DNA of 59,368 nt, filler included, from Sphacelaria rigidula (lineage: Eukaryota): NCBI GenBank assembly GCA_964200075.2. It is 7 parts of 7 records of this genome, joined end to end, with 100 filler letters (N's around TTAATTAATTAA, not from the genome) between each part and the next. Parts side by side here need not be neighbours in the genome. Positions count along the whole stretch, not along the records: positions 16,993 to 25,388 come from CAXNAA020011290.1; positions 25,489 to 33,884 come from CAXNAA020011291.1; positions 33,985 to 42,379 come from CAXNAA020011292.1; 4 more parts are not named here. One strand, given 5' to 3'. How positions within the stretch are numbered: the stretch's first letter is position 1; every line of letters starts with the position of its first letter. A model generated the notes under the pieces. It saw nothing but the letters and a program-made list of their open reading frames with translations, was not told the DNA's origin and made no database searches. Below are positions 25,061-37,039 of this stretch, one piece after another. A program made the translations under genes and the position numbers.

Positions 25061-25280
25061 AATTATTATTATATTATTATATCCATCACATTAGCTCGAT
25101 CTCTCGAACCCGTGGTCACAGATTGCAAGGAGCATACCACCAATACACCCATAACCCAAATAGCCCGCAGAAGTAGAGAAGAAACTAAAACATCTACACG
25201 AAAAAAAGGGCACCTACACTACGAAATATCCGTATGAGACCGTTCGAACTACAGGAGACCTACTTGTACTGGAATCAGTT
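25061..25280 (-). mobile_element. 3' end of the (TAA)n-tailed non-LTR retroposon family, copy 2
   Basis: Reverse complement of the motif at 4819-4880. The (TTA)-rich tail is at 25061-25080. Confidence 0.75.
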
Positions 25281-25319
25281 TCTGCGTGTGACCTCTCCGC
25301 TACTTTGCCACGTACTGGT

Positions 25320-25388
25320 AACAGTGTTTTCGTGAGATTGAGAGTAGATGATACGATTGAGAGTGGCTTTGATCATTTGCTTTAAGTG
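25320..25388 (+). mobile_element. AACAGTG-family MITE, left end, truncated at the contig end
   Basis: AACAGTGTTTTCGTGAGATTGAGAGTAGATGATACGATTGAGAGTG. Confidence 0.8.
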
Positions 25389-25817
25389 NNNNNNNNNNNN
25401 NNNNNNNNNNNNNNNNNNNNNNNNNNNNNNNNTTAATTAATTAANNNNNNNNNNNNNNNNNNNNNNNNNNNNNNNNNNNNNNNNNNNNTCGCTGAAAGTG
25501 TGGGGAAAGCACTGTATTAGGCTTGAACCTTATCTCGGAGTTAAACCCCAATTCGCACAATTTGTTGTTCCATCTCATAATCTAGGAAGTGAAATTGAGT
25601 ACAAAAAAGGTTACCAGAGGGCTCACGAAATAGTCGGAACATTGCGTGGAGACTTGCGTAAGTGGTGCATGATTTGGAAAGGTAGACCAAACCAACACTT
25701 GAAATGAACTAACATACAATCATAATATTCTAAACGTTGGTATATTTGATTTTTGTGATAATTATATACAACGTGGCTGGATACTGGAGGCCGCTGAAAA
25801 CACACGACTTGAAGACA

Positions 25818-26183
25818 TTACGACCCTGATCGTTCAGCCCCCTCCCTCATGGTCGAAGAACTCGCCTCTGTCGGACTCGGAGTCCAGATGTTCCTGGGAG
25901 TAGAAGTCGTATCGATCGGAGAAGGTGTCGGTACGTCGGGCGTCACGGATGCATTCATCGCTGAGGGAGGAGCGGTAGGGAACGGTGTAGGAGGGAGTGT
26001 CGGGACGACAACGGGAATCACGGTGCCTACATCCAGTGCAATGATCGCAAGGTCTTCGGGTGTCAAGGTGCTCGTAGAAGTACTTTTGTCGAACCAGTCT
26101 CCTTCTGTGGTCCCCGCCAGAAGAACGGTTGTCCTTGTCGCTGCAACGGCACCAGTGACCCACTCGTCTTCGTCTGTACCGCC
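25818..26183 (-). CDS. Exon (possibly terminal) of a putative extracellular beta-propeller-repeat protein with a Pro/Thr/Ser-rich stalk
   Basis: Acceptor CAG at 26186-26184, then GGTDEDEWVTGAVAATRTTVLLAGTTEGDW...EDLAIIALD. This resembles the 'Q.GT...D....VVLAG.T.G.W...DFA.V.LD' repeat I recall from brown algal surface proteins. A PTLPPTPFPTAPP...TPSPT tract follows. Other exons not located. Confidence 0.55.
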   Translation of the reverse strand, partial: GGTDEDEWVTGAVAATRTTVLLAGTTEGDWFDKSTSTSTLTPEDLAIIALDVGTVIPVVVPTLPPTPFPTAPPSAMNASVTPDVPTPSPIDTTSTPRNIWTPSPTEASSSTMREGAERSGS

Positions 26184-26445
26184 CTGCATATTGTTTTGTT
26201 TTGTTTTGTTTTCATGAAGCACGATCGCACGCTGGTGAGATGAATACATTTCAGCCACAGCAACATCAAGACGCGATCAAAAACAGTAGGCATAGTGATT
26301 CGAAACCCCAACGTTGTATACGGTGAGCGTGGCAGCGTAAACACGTGCAATGCTGTGAATTGAGATGCATCCTTGGTGTCAAGCGTTTCATGGTTGTAGT
26401 ATGTTTTTGGAAGGCATAGATAGTGCGTATCGGCTGACAGGGCCA

Positions 26446-26555
26446 CACGGGTGGCCACTGGGGTGCCTGCAACCTCAAATTTGGACGTTACACACCTTGC
26501 GCAAGGTCTGCAACGTCCAAATTTGAGGTTGCAGGCACCCCAGTGGCCACCCGTG
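26446..26555. repeat. 110-bp near-perfect palindrome/hairpin
   Basis: CACGGGTGGCCACTGGGGTGCCTGCAACCTCAAATTTGGACGTT and its exact reverse complement flank a centre that also pairs (ACCTTGC/GCAAGGT). Confidence 0.95.
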
Positions 26556-27004
26556 CGCATGACAGAAGTGGGTGATCTATCTTCGGCATCTTCCAGATGC
26601 ATGTCATTCCATTTCCTCGAGAAGCCTGTAACATCTGTAACAGCACCTCCCCCTTCCCTATCCTTGGCTGGCTTTGTTGGAAAGTCCGAAGAAGGCTTCC
26701 AAGCGGTTTCCTACGAAGTATCCATATCCGTCTTGCAACAGGTTTTCTTTATTTTTTACTGTGTGATCGCACACAAATTCATTCCCTGCTGACGCCCCAA
26801 GCAAAAGCACCGCCGCTACTACTCCGTCGGCACGTCCATGAGAGCACTACGTCAATCGCTCTCCTTCGAGAATACTGTGCTATTTCCCGTTGGACACGCA
26901 ATCAAGCCCCCAATGATGGCAATAGCAGGAACTACATTGAGACGCGTGAGTACTCGCCGGACAGCATGATGATGTGTTGAGCAACAACGCACGCAGATGT
27001 TGTT

Positions 27005-27568
27005 CAGGAAGCGAACACTGTACCCATTGAGTAAATGAGTGCTCACTGCTCCAAAGAGTAACCAATTTGCTTCTTGGACACGATATTTGCGGTAGGAGTC
27101 CCGACGTGATCGTTTGGGGGAGCGAGGGTTGACATGTAAACACTGAAGCCTGGGAGGGGCTGGGAGCTCTGGAACGGACCACACAGCATATCGTTTGCCC
27201 AGAAAGCGAACAGTTTACCCATTGAACCTGTTGGCGCTCACTACTTCAGTCGCTAAACTGTTCGCTTCCTGAGAATGATATTTGATCCACTGAGCGCTTG
27301 CTGCTTCAATGGGTAATCTGTTCGCTTCCTGGACATGAAATTCGCGGGTCGAGTGCCGACGTGCTCGGTTGTGGGAGGGAAGTTGAACAGGTAAGGGTGA
27401 GATTTACGAAAGGCTGGAGGCTCTGGGGGTCACTGAAGTGCTATTCCGCGACGAACCACACAGCATGGTCAGGAAGCGAACGGTTTACCCATTGAAGCAG
27501 TTAGCGCTCACCGGTTAAATGGGTAAGCTGTTTGCTTCCTAACAAATGGGTAAATTGTTCGTTTCCTG
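27005..27568. repeat. Array of degenerate ~72-bp palindromes separated by related spacers
   Basis: Approximate consensus CAGGAAGCGAACAGTTTACCCATTGAAGCAG-TGAGCGCTCA-CTGCTTCAATGGGTAAACTGTTCGCTTCCTG at 27005-27076, 27200-27271 and 27470-27540; half-sites at 27291-27331 and 27545-27568. Confidence 0.85.
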
Positions 27569-28309
27569 AACAAATGCGTCACAGTTTGCCTCGTGAACAG
27601 ACGTACCCACTGAAACAAGCTGGATACGGCTCTCCGTACGCGCCTTTCATCAAGAAGGGCGATATTCACTTCCCCCATCCCTCCTACCCTTTGCGTTGCG
27701 TGTGGACGTTGCTGGAGAACGTTTCGAACAACGCACCACTTTCAACCTGCCGAATATGCACTGAGTATGATTGCCCGACCTCAAGTTGTCTCGGTATATC
27801 CTTCGGGCAAACGCACGCTTTCTGCGTGATGTATGCAGTATGCAAAAAAAATGGGATCCTAGGAAATGGGGTTGACTTTTCAAGCGTGGCTGAACCCGCT
27901 GGGAAACAGGGTTGACTGCTTGAACGCGGCTGAACCCGCCTTCCGAAAATTCACATTTCCCCCCGAACAGTTCTTCAAAACGAAAGCATTAGCTGATATT
28001 TTGTTTCTGTTGAATTAATCAGGTGTCGGTAGGTGCATCCAATTCATGCAGTGTACACGGTGTGTCGATGACGACACCACCGGAGGGGCAATGGTGGAGA
28101 GGAAGCCCCAAGCCTGTGCACTTTGTGTGTCCCCGTTCGGCAGTCCTCAACCGCTGGAGGTATTGGAATTAAGTTGCCAGCACATACCCAATATGCCAGC
28201 CTTTTCATCGGCTCACACACAGCAGGCGGCGTCTTGTACAACCTACCAGAATGATCGGGGTTCCCAGGGTTGCCACATCTTGACTGACGTAACCGACCCT
28301 TGTCCACGG

Positions 28310-28420
28310 TGCTGACCAATGCAAAAATCGTTTCCCGTCTGCCTCCTTTTCAGACAAAACGATTCTCTGTACGCTACAGAACACGTCGTCGAAAGAGAGA
28401 GCGATGTTTCTGTCACCGCT
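28310..28420 (+). repeat. Dispersed repeat, second copy at ~58630-58745
   Basis: Both copies share GCTGAC(C/A)AATGCAAA.ATCG...CTCTGT(A/G)CGCTACAGAACACGTCGT(C/T)GAAA. Confidence 0.65.
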
Positions 28421-29004
28421 ACTGTTCTCACACCGCTGAGCAAAAAGATCTTGCCTAAGATACTTTTTTGAGCTGGCTTTCAAGCAGAGTGTTCGGCAGT
28501 AGCCAAAAGAAGCTGGGGTAACTCGTTTTCGTACCGACTGTCTGCAGCACTTGGATGCGTATATCTGCACAGTTACGAAAATATATCATAATTTGAACAA
28601 CTTCACAGAATGAAAACAAGCCCTCAAAGCTGAGGACGTGCCCTTCTGTAGTAGGCTTCGGTCAGGTGTTAAAAGAACGATGCCACAGTTTTTGCGAGCC
28701 CTCAGGAACATCCCGCGGGAGAGGGAGTTTCTTCGAATGAGAGTCCTCAGTCTCCAACCTGTGAAGCGATTCTAGAAAGGAACTCTATTCCGAACAAGAA
28801 CGGATGCATTTTATTCAGATTCTATACTAATCGCTTGATACTAATCCGAAGATGTTTGACAAAACTGTGGCATCGCTTTTTCTGGCATCTTGTAATGCGT
28901 GGGAGGACAGGGTGCTTAGAGGACTGCATCGTCGTTCGAAACACCTCAGGGTCGACGTTTTCCATAACCAATCGGGCCAGTCCCTGAAGGGACCACGCCC
29001 CGGA

Positions 29005-29042
29005 ACCTAAGCTCAACACTAACACTAACACTAACCCTAACC
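29005..29042 (+). repeat. Short degenerate interstitial telomere-like repeat (C[A/C]CTAA)n
   Basis: AACACTAACACTAACACTAACCCTAACC. Confidence 0.5.
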
Positions 29043-31122
29043 ATAGGGATCTTCAAATTCCGATGCGGTCCTCTTAGCACGCGGTCCTCTCACGCATCAC
29101 ACATCTGACATAACAGAAAGGGAGCGCTTTCTCTCACCTTCTGGGGACCGTTTTCATCCTGTGAAAATAGTTCAAATGATGAGAGATTTTCATACCTTTG
29201 TAGTTATACGCATAAAATTCCTCCAGGCCGTCATTGCGACAACTTGAACAGAAATAACAGACCACTGACGCAGTCGTTTTGCGCAGCTGTTACGGGAGAA
29301 AAGTGCATTTTTGGGAAGTGGATTCAATCGCATTTGAGAAGTTAATCCCATTTACCAGAACCCTCTGTTATATTGTAGTTTCAGCTTCCGATTCGTTTTC
29401 CCCCCTGCGCACCTTGTGCACATCTGCAGTGGCGGCTACCCTACCTGCCATCGCCATAAGACGGTCCCGTCGGAGTCGAGTCTCGCCGCACAAAAGTCGG
29501 ATCCCCCAGCGCTTGTTTCGGTCCAGTTTCCGCGGGTGAACCCCGCGAGTACAATTGAGTCATCCTCGAGGAGAACCGCGCCAAAAATCTTCTCTGTTTC
29601 GGGGGTCCCCTCCTGCCGGGCACACCAGGTTGAAGAACAAATCTATCAGCATGCGACGAAGGAACCGTGACACATATTCATCACCACCAAACTCTTGCAG
29701 CGAGTCAGTACCTAACAGGGAATCCTGAAAAACAAGAGAAAATTCGTTCTACAGGAACGAAAATAAAATAGGTGACGCTCGGAGTTGTGGGATCTGGTGT
29801 ATGCCCTACCGTGACGTAGTTCACGTACTCTTGAATATGCCCGACATTCGACAGCCCGACAGGTCCTGAACAACTGTCTTGGTGGGACTCGCAACTGGCC
29901 GACAAGTTGTTTTGAAAACCATTCTCAAACCTTCATCAAACTCAACAGTTCCCTGACAATCACAAAGGGAAAAATGCAAATGGAACATATGTCAATTGTC
30001 ATATATGAACTGTTGCGTGTCCCGAAGTATCAGGAACAGTTCATTTTGAGTATTTGGGCCCGAGAGGAAAACACTTCAGGCCCGCACATGAAGCGCTTTA
30101 CTCCTGAGGCAAACGACTCGCGGTTCATTTGTTAAATGGTCCCACAACATATGAGATCGGTTCGTCGATCTTATGGGTGCCTTCAGTCTCTCCTCCGTGC
30201 CTCAGAGGGGTACCATTTCGCAAAACTAGCCCCAATTTTCATTCTTGTCGTTCCCGGGAAAAAATCGTTGCCATTTTCAGGATCTCCTGTTACCTGCATG
30301 TTAGCTATAACAAAATGATATGATATTTCTTCGGTCTAATGTCGTCAAACTTGGCGTCAATGGTGTCATAAGCTCCGTGCTTTCTACGTTGTACAGGTTT
30401 GGTTGTATTGCCTTCCTTTTGCGATTGTTGCCTTCATTGATTATTTGTGGGGAAGGTTCAACCATATGACGGCGAGGGAAGTCCATAGGGATCATGCATA
30501 AGCTCTTCGAGTGGAATGCATACCGATTCAACATATGACCGACTCTCACCGTCCAAGGCTAAAATGACAAATGGATATGTTCAAGTGAATTCTCGAAACA
30601 CGTCACACAATGGCGGACTTCCAACTGTTGAGCAGTGGAATACATACCATGCGCAGGTCAGGAATTACTGGCGATCGGAAAGAAGATAGCAGCTGCTGTA
30701 TCGCGCAAATGTCGGAAGCCGTCAAATGGAAAGCTAGATTCAACCAATTCAACACAAACACCGCTACACGGGATGCGGCGCTGGATTTCTCGCAGACCCG
30801 CGCCAGACCGGCGTTCATACCAATACATGAGCTTCTGATGATGATCGCGAGGAGTTATGTGGGAGACGAAACTTTGAACTAGTGTACTGCCCTTGACATT
30901 CCCAGCCCTGTATTTCGACATGTAAATCCGATACTCCTCGCCATTAACCTTGACTTATTCGGCCATGTATCGATATTTCAACATATATTGTGTCTTCCAC
31001 AGTAGTGTAGATACAGCGCCGTCCGCTGGCGCCTCCATAGTTCCAACACGATACCCACTTTGACTTTCAGAAATTGCATGCCATCGGAAGAAAATCCATT
31101 TCATATCTGTGTACACCTTTAG

Positions 31123-33770
31123 TGGTAGAAAACGTTACGGTTCAACATGAACAGCAACATAAAGTAGCAAGTAGAACAGACAGCACGAATGGGTTCGACC
31201 GTAGGGTTGGTGAATGGATAGGTCGAACTCTTAATGTCAAAATAGTGAACAGCTTGACTCGGAGAGTCTATAGTATCAACAGTCTGTGGATGTAGAGTTC
31301 ATGGTTATATCGTTCAAGTCGTACAGCTCATAGCACGAAATGTTTTGTTGGGAGAGGGCAATATCCTGAGATACCAACCCGTGGTCAGTCTATATTTTTC
31401 TCCACTCAATCAAGCCTATCAGCTTGGTGTTGGTTTCTGCGTCAATAATGAACCAAGTGTTTCATTGTGTTTATTCTCGAATTACACAAGTAAGTGTTTG
31501 ACGACACTGTGCAGCCTCTGCCAGCTCTCTTGTCAGAGCTGGGTTCACGTGTTGAACCGCTTGTTCCTGTCAAGTTGACTGTCGACCAGTGTGTGTTGTG
31601 CACAAGCCACAGCCATACTTTCAACAGGTTATGAGCCTCGCCACGCTGGTTTGAAGTTTGTATACTGTACTGTAGTCTTCAACACCAGTACACAGGACGT
31701 CACATCGGGGTCGCTCATCACTGCTGCAGCAAGGAAGTGCTACTGCAGCCAGGAGCGCGGTCGTAAGCCCGGAGTGTGGTCGAGGAGCGTGGTCGTCCCG
31801 TCTCGGAGCGAATACTTGTGAGGGAACGTGAGGTGAAGACGTTGCTTTGTGAGGATTTAACGCGGATTGCTGTAGCAGATGAATTTTACTGGAGAGCCAT
31901 CTGTTACGCAAATCATCGAAATTATCAAAATATTCGATGGAGTGAGTTTTTTGGAGTGGATGCGTCAAGCTCAAGCCGTGGTATCGTTCACACATCCTAG
32001 TATTTCGGAGACTCTGAGTGGTGAAACCTGTATCAACGAAATTTATGGAAATATTCGCGGAAGATCCACGACTAGATCAAGCCCGGTAGTAACACGTTCT
32101 CAAGGAAATGATGTTACTTCAAAAGAAGACGAAAGTAGTCGTGGAAGAGTGATCAATGAGGATGAGATAGTTACATACGATCGTGCGGATGAACAACTAT
32201 ACAATATACTTTATTTAACTACGACCGGACCTGCAAACAGCTATCTGCTACGGTTCGAACCACAGGGCTCAACAACACCCGACAGTAAGACAGCTTGGGA
32301 CGGATTGACTGCAAAATATTAGAATCCATCTAAGCAAAGACGTCGTATTCTGACGAGACAGCGAAACAATTCAACCGTATCACAGGGTGAGGACCCCGAC
32401 GTCTTTTTAACACAAACTCATCAAATTCGAGATGAGCTTACTTATATAGGGGAGAGCGTCACTGATGAACGGTTCACAGAAGAAGTCATAGAAGGGCTGA
32501 CCGATGGGTATTTTCAAACTAATTATAACACTGAACGAGACCCTGATTTTAGCCTCACAGATTGAATCAACTATGCGCGACATATATGTCAACCGCCTGG
32601 CTTGTAGTAAACCTGTGAAATAATCTATAGGCCGAGAGGGTGTTATGAATGCATCATCAACCCTGGATTCATCTTCAAGGTCCACCAAATCTTAGAATAA
32701 ATGTTATAATTGCGGGAAACCTGGTGGCCTCATGCGTGACTGCAGAGCTAGGAAGCAGCGTAACGGTAGACAGCTTAAATGGTGTAGCTTTCACAGATCA
32801 AATAAATTTGACACCACAGAGTGTAAAGACCAAATTAATGATGAGAATGCATGTGGTAGCTCTGGAAAAAATAGTAAAAATCGCTAGGGTAATAACCGGA
32901 ACAATATTCACAACCGTAATCGTAGTAACAATTACAACAATCAAAACATACAGAACTATGGACCTGTCGATCAGGCGAATACAGATACTACAACTCCCAC
33001 CACAACTACAGTACCTATGTACATCAATGTCCAGCGATCAATTATACCTGCTGCAGCAACTATCATGGAACCTTCTCTACCAAGCGGAGTTACGTGTATA
33101 ACTTTGTTGCCGGAACCTAGCAGATTCTCCTAATACGCATGTGGCAACCCCATTTACGACGGTGGTTGACAGCGGGGTCAGAGACCACTTTCAACAATGT
33201 TTTCGTGAGATTGGGAGTAAAGGATATGATTGAGAGTGAAAAGCGGTTAATCAGTAAATGAATCATCTCAGTTCCGAAATGCCCCTCCACGAGGCCCGAT
33301 ATTCTTTCTGTAGTAGCTTGCCACTCAGGCGCTTGATATCCCTGAGTAGGATATTGACGTATAGCTTTAAGCACACGGCAGTGATAGAGGCAAAGAAGAG
33401 CACACACGGAATGACAAATTAGCTAAGTTAAAGCGAGTGACCAAAGTCATTCTCAATCCGCGCTCAACTCTCAATCTCACCAAAACGTTGTTTTTCTAGA
33501 TTCCCACCTACTTTCTAATATTGAAAGGAAGATGCTTGACTTCGTGAAGCTTGATCCACCCATGTGCATATTACTAGCAGGAAGACGCTCGTTACAGGGC
33601 ACAGGGAAAGGAATCATTCAATCATTGGTTACTGACGCCAACGGTTTTGAACGCTCCGTTCGTTTGCCCGTCGTCATAGTTCCACGCCGGGGAAAGCATC
33701 CATTCCCTCCTCGCGGGGCCCTGAGCAAGGGTGTTTCAACCGTCTTTTCTACAGAGTCAAAGATTGATGT
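31123..33770 (+). mobile_element. Decayed Ty1/Copia LTR retrotransposon, 5' part (LTR, PBS, gag, protease)
   Basis: The LTR ends TTTCAACA (31626) and is followed by a copia-type PBS GGTTATGAGCC. Gag: QLYNILYLTTTGPA...AWDGLTAKY, GEDPDVF, EGLTDGY; zinc-knuckle-like CYNCGKPG...DC. Protease VVDSGVRDHF|LD, then LQGTGKG...VVIVP. Contains stops and frameshifts. The LTR start is approximate. Confidence 0.88.
33193..33492. mobile_element. Complete 300-bp AACAGTG-family MITE inserted in the Copia protease
   Basis: TIRs AACAATGTTTTCGTGAGATTGGGAGT ... ACTCTCAATCTCACCAAAACGTTGTT; 4-bp TSD TTTC (33189-33192, 33493-33496). Removing it restores GAC CAC TTT CTA GAT (DHFLD) in frame. Confidence 0.92.
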
Positions 33771-33984
33771 AGGTGATTTGAATTTTTTTCAATTCCAATT
33801 AATAATGTCGGAACATTACATAATAACAACAAATTGTGCGAATTGGGGTTTAACTTCGAGATGAGGCTCAAGCCTAAAACAGTGNNNNNNNNNNNNNNNN
33901 NNNNNNNNNNNNNNNNNNNNNNNNNNNNTTAATTAATTAANNNNNNNNNNNNNNNNNNNNNNNNNNNNNNNNNNNNNNNNNNNN

Positions 33985-34470
33985 CATCCACCATTCTCGC
34001 CGTGGCATGCTTGGAGCAGAACTCCGCTTTTTTGCTCCCCGCCACACCATACGATGGTTGAGTAGGACAGCCCTCGTAGCCGCACCTCTTGTGCACCACA
34101 TCCACCATTCCCGTCGTGGTATGCTTGGAGCAGAACTCCGCATTTTTGCTCCCCGTCACACCATACAACGGCCGCGTGGAGCAGCCCTCATAGCCGCACC
34201 TCTTGTTCACCACATCCACCATTTCCGCTGTGGCATGCTTGGAGCAGAACTGCGCATTATTGCTCCTCGCTACACCATATGACTGCCGCGTATAGCAGCC
34301 CTCGTAACCGCACGTCTTGTTCTTTACATCCACCATTTTCGCCGTGTTATGCTGAGAGCAGAACTACGCATTTGGGTCCCCCGCCACACCATACGACGGC
34401 CACCTAGAGCAACCCTCGTTGCCGCACTACTGTTTCACCACATGCACGATTCCCGTCCTGGCGTGCTTGG
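33985..34470 (-). pseudogene. EsV-1-7-type cysteine-rich tandem repeats, partly degenerate and truncated at the contig end
   Basis: 114-bp (38-aa) units MVDVxxKxCGYEGCxTxPSYGVxGSKxAEFCSKHA. Three are open; the upstream unit (34345-34470) has in-frame stops and a 1-bp deletion. Confidence 0.85.
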
Positions 34471-36539
34471 ACTAGTTCCTTTTCGTGGCACTTCTTCGAA
34501 CACTCACTGCTTACGATACCGCAAATACCGAAACGGCGGGAAAAACTTCGTGAGGCATGGAGGGAAACTCATTGAACATGTTTACAGAGCGAATGACATT
34601 GTTATCGCTGAACACACTCCGCGGAGGAAAAGCAGTTGCCTGCACTCAACTCCGGCCACACTTCATGGAAGCCGACGCCTCCGGCGGATGGTACGTGCTC
34701 TGAACTATTGCAGTAGGATACTGAAAGCGAATGAAGCACTAGCTAGTATAACACAATTGGGAGATGGTCGTTGCAGAAAATATGAGAAGCGCAGTACCAA
34801 CGTTCGAGCACGCCCAGCTCTAAAAAAGAGACCTGACATAATATACATGCCACAATACGAAAGCCAGGGTTTAGAGGTCAGACAGCACAAGCCAGCTAGA
34901 AAATGATGTGCGGAGTCGAGAGCCAGACAACAATCTCGACAGAGCGAGCGATCGCCACGCAGCATCGCACATACAATATGCTTGGGTGTACACTGTACAT
35001 TGGGGGGCGGTCACGTGGTATGCTCAAGGTCGCCAGTAAAAGCAGGTATTGTACCATGGCTTGGGAGTTGGGACACGGCGATGACGCGATAACTCGACAG
35101 CGGACGTGTATTTGGAGTCAGCTCTTCATCTGGATTGCAAACTCCGTGAGAACAATGGCGATATAAAATGCAGTTTTTCAAGGAAAGAAGATTCGAATCA
35201 CAACAGAAAAGGATGCGTCCAGAGGTTTTGGTCAAATCGGCCATGACAAGACTGGAAATCGCCGAGCAGAAAGCTGCACAGGTGAAACGTGCTATCAGGA
35301 CCCCTTTGCGTCCTCTGCGAAAGTTTGCGCAATGTTCGACTTGTACAGCGACGGTATCGTTGAAGAGGATGGATGCCTCCAGCCCATTGAAAGAAATGCT
35401 GTTGTGAAGGCCGGGAGTGAAACAGAAACTGGGCAGTGGGTTCAAATCACGAGTACTACCGCTACCACATGTACCGTCATTCTTGTGATGCTTACTCGGT
35501 CTACATGGCACCATATGCCACGACAACGACCAGACGCGGCACAATTCAAGCATCCTGGTGGGAGAAAAGGTGAAGCACAAGCACGCCGGAGTGCGAAAGC
35601 ATCTGCGGGTGCATGGTCCGGGTCAGCTGCTTATTTTGCTTTTCCTGCTGTATTTTTTGTTGCGAAAAACAGCAGCAGTGTCCAAAAATTCGTCGGCAAA
35701 CGTGTTGCAGCCAGGACGGCACACTAGGTGACGGCTGCACTTCTGAGATGCATTATCGGAACACGATCGGTGCATCGGCGGTTTTTTTGTCTAAACGAGA
35801 TGTAGCAGCTGCGCGCCGGCGTGGAAAGCAACTATATACTTGTCGCAACTTCATGTTTTTTGAGCGTTTGTACGGAATCGACATGGATTCACATTGGACG
35901 TGAGATGAGTGTTACAAGAGTGTGTGTAGACAAAGCACCCGATGTTTTTCGTCGGAAATAGTACGAAAGAGATGTGCCTGATGTACTGTGCGGCTGCATC
36001 TTGGCTGCCGCTCGTCTTCAAGAGTCGCTGTGGTGAGTCTACACACACGTCGCCACATACATCGTGCTTGGCAGGGTATCATGTGAGGTCTGCGCTTGTA
36101 TACTATTCTGGTCATGTCTCAAAAGACGACGGTAAACGTTCAATGCAGGGTGGCGCATCTTGTGCCTACACGACTCACACGTGTGTACATAGCGCCCTGT
36201 ACACCGCTCTGAAAAGGCTTCTCGACACTGTGTAAGGTTGCGCGGGGTGGTTGAGCTGTATGAGAGCGACCCTTCACAGCTTTTTGTGTGACCATACGCC
36301 TGTGAGAGTACATCGTAGAGAATATTTCAAGAGAGAAGTGAAGACTGCTCTGGCTCATGAGTCAAACTTACGAACAACGATGGTGGATATGTCGCTCTAA
36401 TATCATTATTACAATCATGTTGTCATTACCACCATTTCATTTATTCAAATGTATCAATCGCGTGAATGTCTCCCCGTCCTATACTTTGATCAGTACAAGC
36501 GTATCCTTAAATTCCATACCCCTTTCAAGTCAACGATGA

Positions 36540-37039
36540 TCCTTCTCGGAGCACTGTTTACATACGCTCTGACTATGGAAGGAGAAAGCTGGCACTCTCC
36601 TCAATGATCCCGTACAAGCAGGCCGAAGGATGACCAGTGTCCAACAGTTAAGTTGTTTGTGTATCCAACGAATCTCAAATCCCGTATTCTGGAGCGTTAT
36701 CGTCCGATTTATTCTGGACGCCGGTCTACACCTTTCAGTATACATGGGCAAACCAGCCGAGGTCACACAGGATGGAGGCCAACACAGGAATCATTTTCCT
36801 TTGTTTTAGTACTTCGTCTTCCTTCTGCGATCCTTGCCTTTATTTTTGATCGCGAGAGGGGTTCAGCAGTCCCTTTCCTTCGTCGATGATCAAGTCGAAT
36901 TTTGTGTATCCACTACGAAGTCGCTCTCCACTGTTTGGCATTGCTGAAGAAAACATCCCAGATCGCTCCGAGATTTGAACCCACAACCCAACCGTCAGAA
37001 GCTTTCGAGGTTACCAGCTAAGCCACAGGGGCGACCGGC
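36540..37039 (-). mobile_element. tRNA-headed SINE-like repeat
   Basis: The minus strand begins GCCGGTCGCCCCTG with A box TGGCTTAGCTGG (37025-37014) and B box GGTTCAAATCTC (36981-36970). No proper acceptor stem. The 3' extent is approximate. Confidence 0.6.

Noticed and set aside
27005..27568. CRISPR-like array, or a symmetric lac-operator-like core (TGAGCGCTCA)
   Set aside because: The repeats are too long and degenerate, the spacers are homologous to each other, and no cas genes are present. The operator match is only a short palindromic core.
29005..29042. Chromosome end or telomere
   Set aside because: Only a few degenerate units, internal to a contig.
30300..31070. Possible Fanzor/TnpB or Ulp1-like remnant upstream of the Copia LTR
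   Set aside because: No RuvC motifs or zinc finger are recognisable. The 'YVGDETLN' similarity is too short to support a call.
36960..37039. tRNA genes here, at 45009-45090 and at 58843-58910
   Set aside because: A and B boxes are present, but there is no convincing cloverleaf or acceptor stem, and each continues into a longer repeat-like body. Treated as SINE heads.
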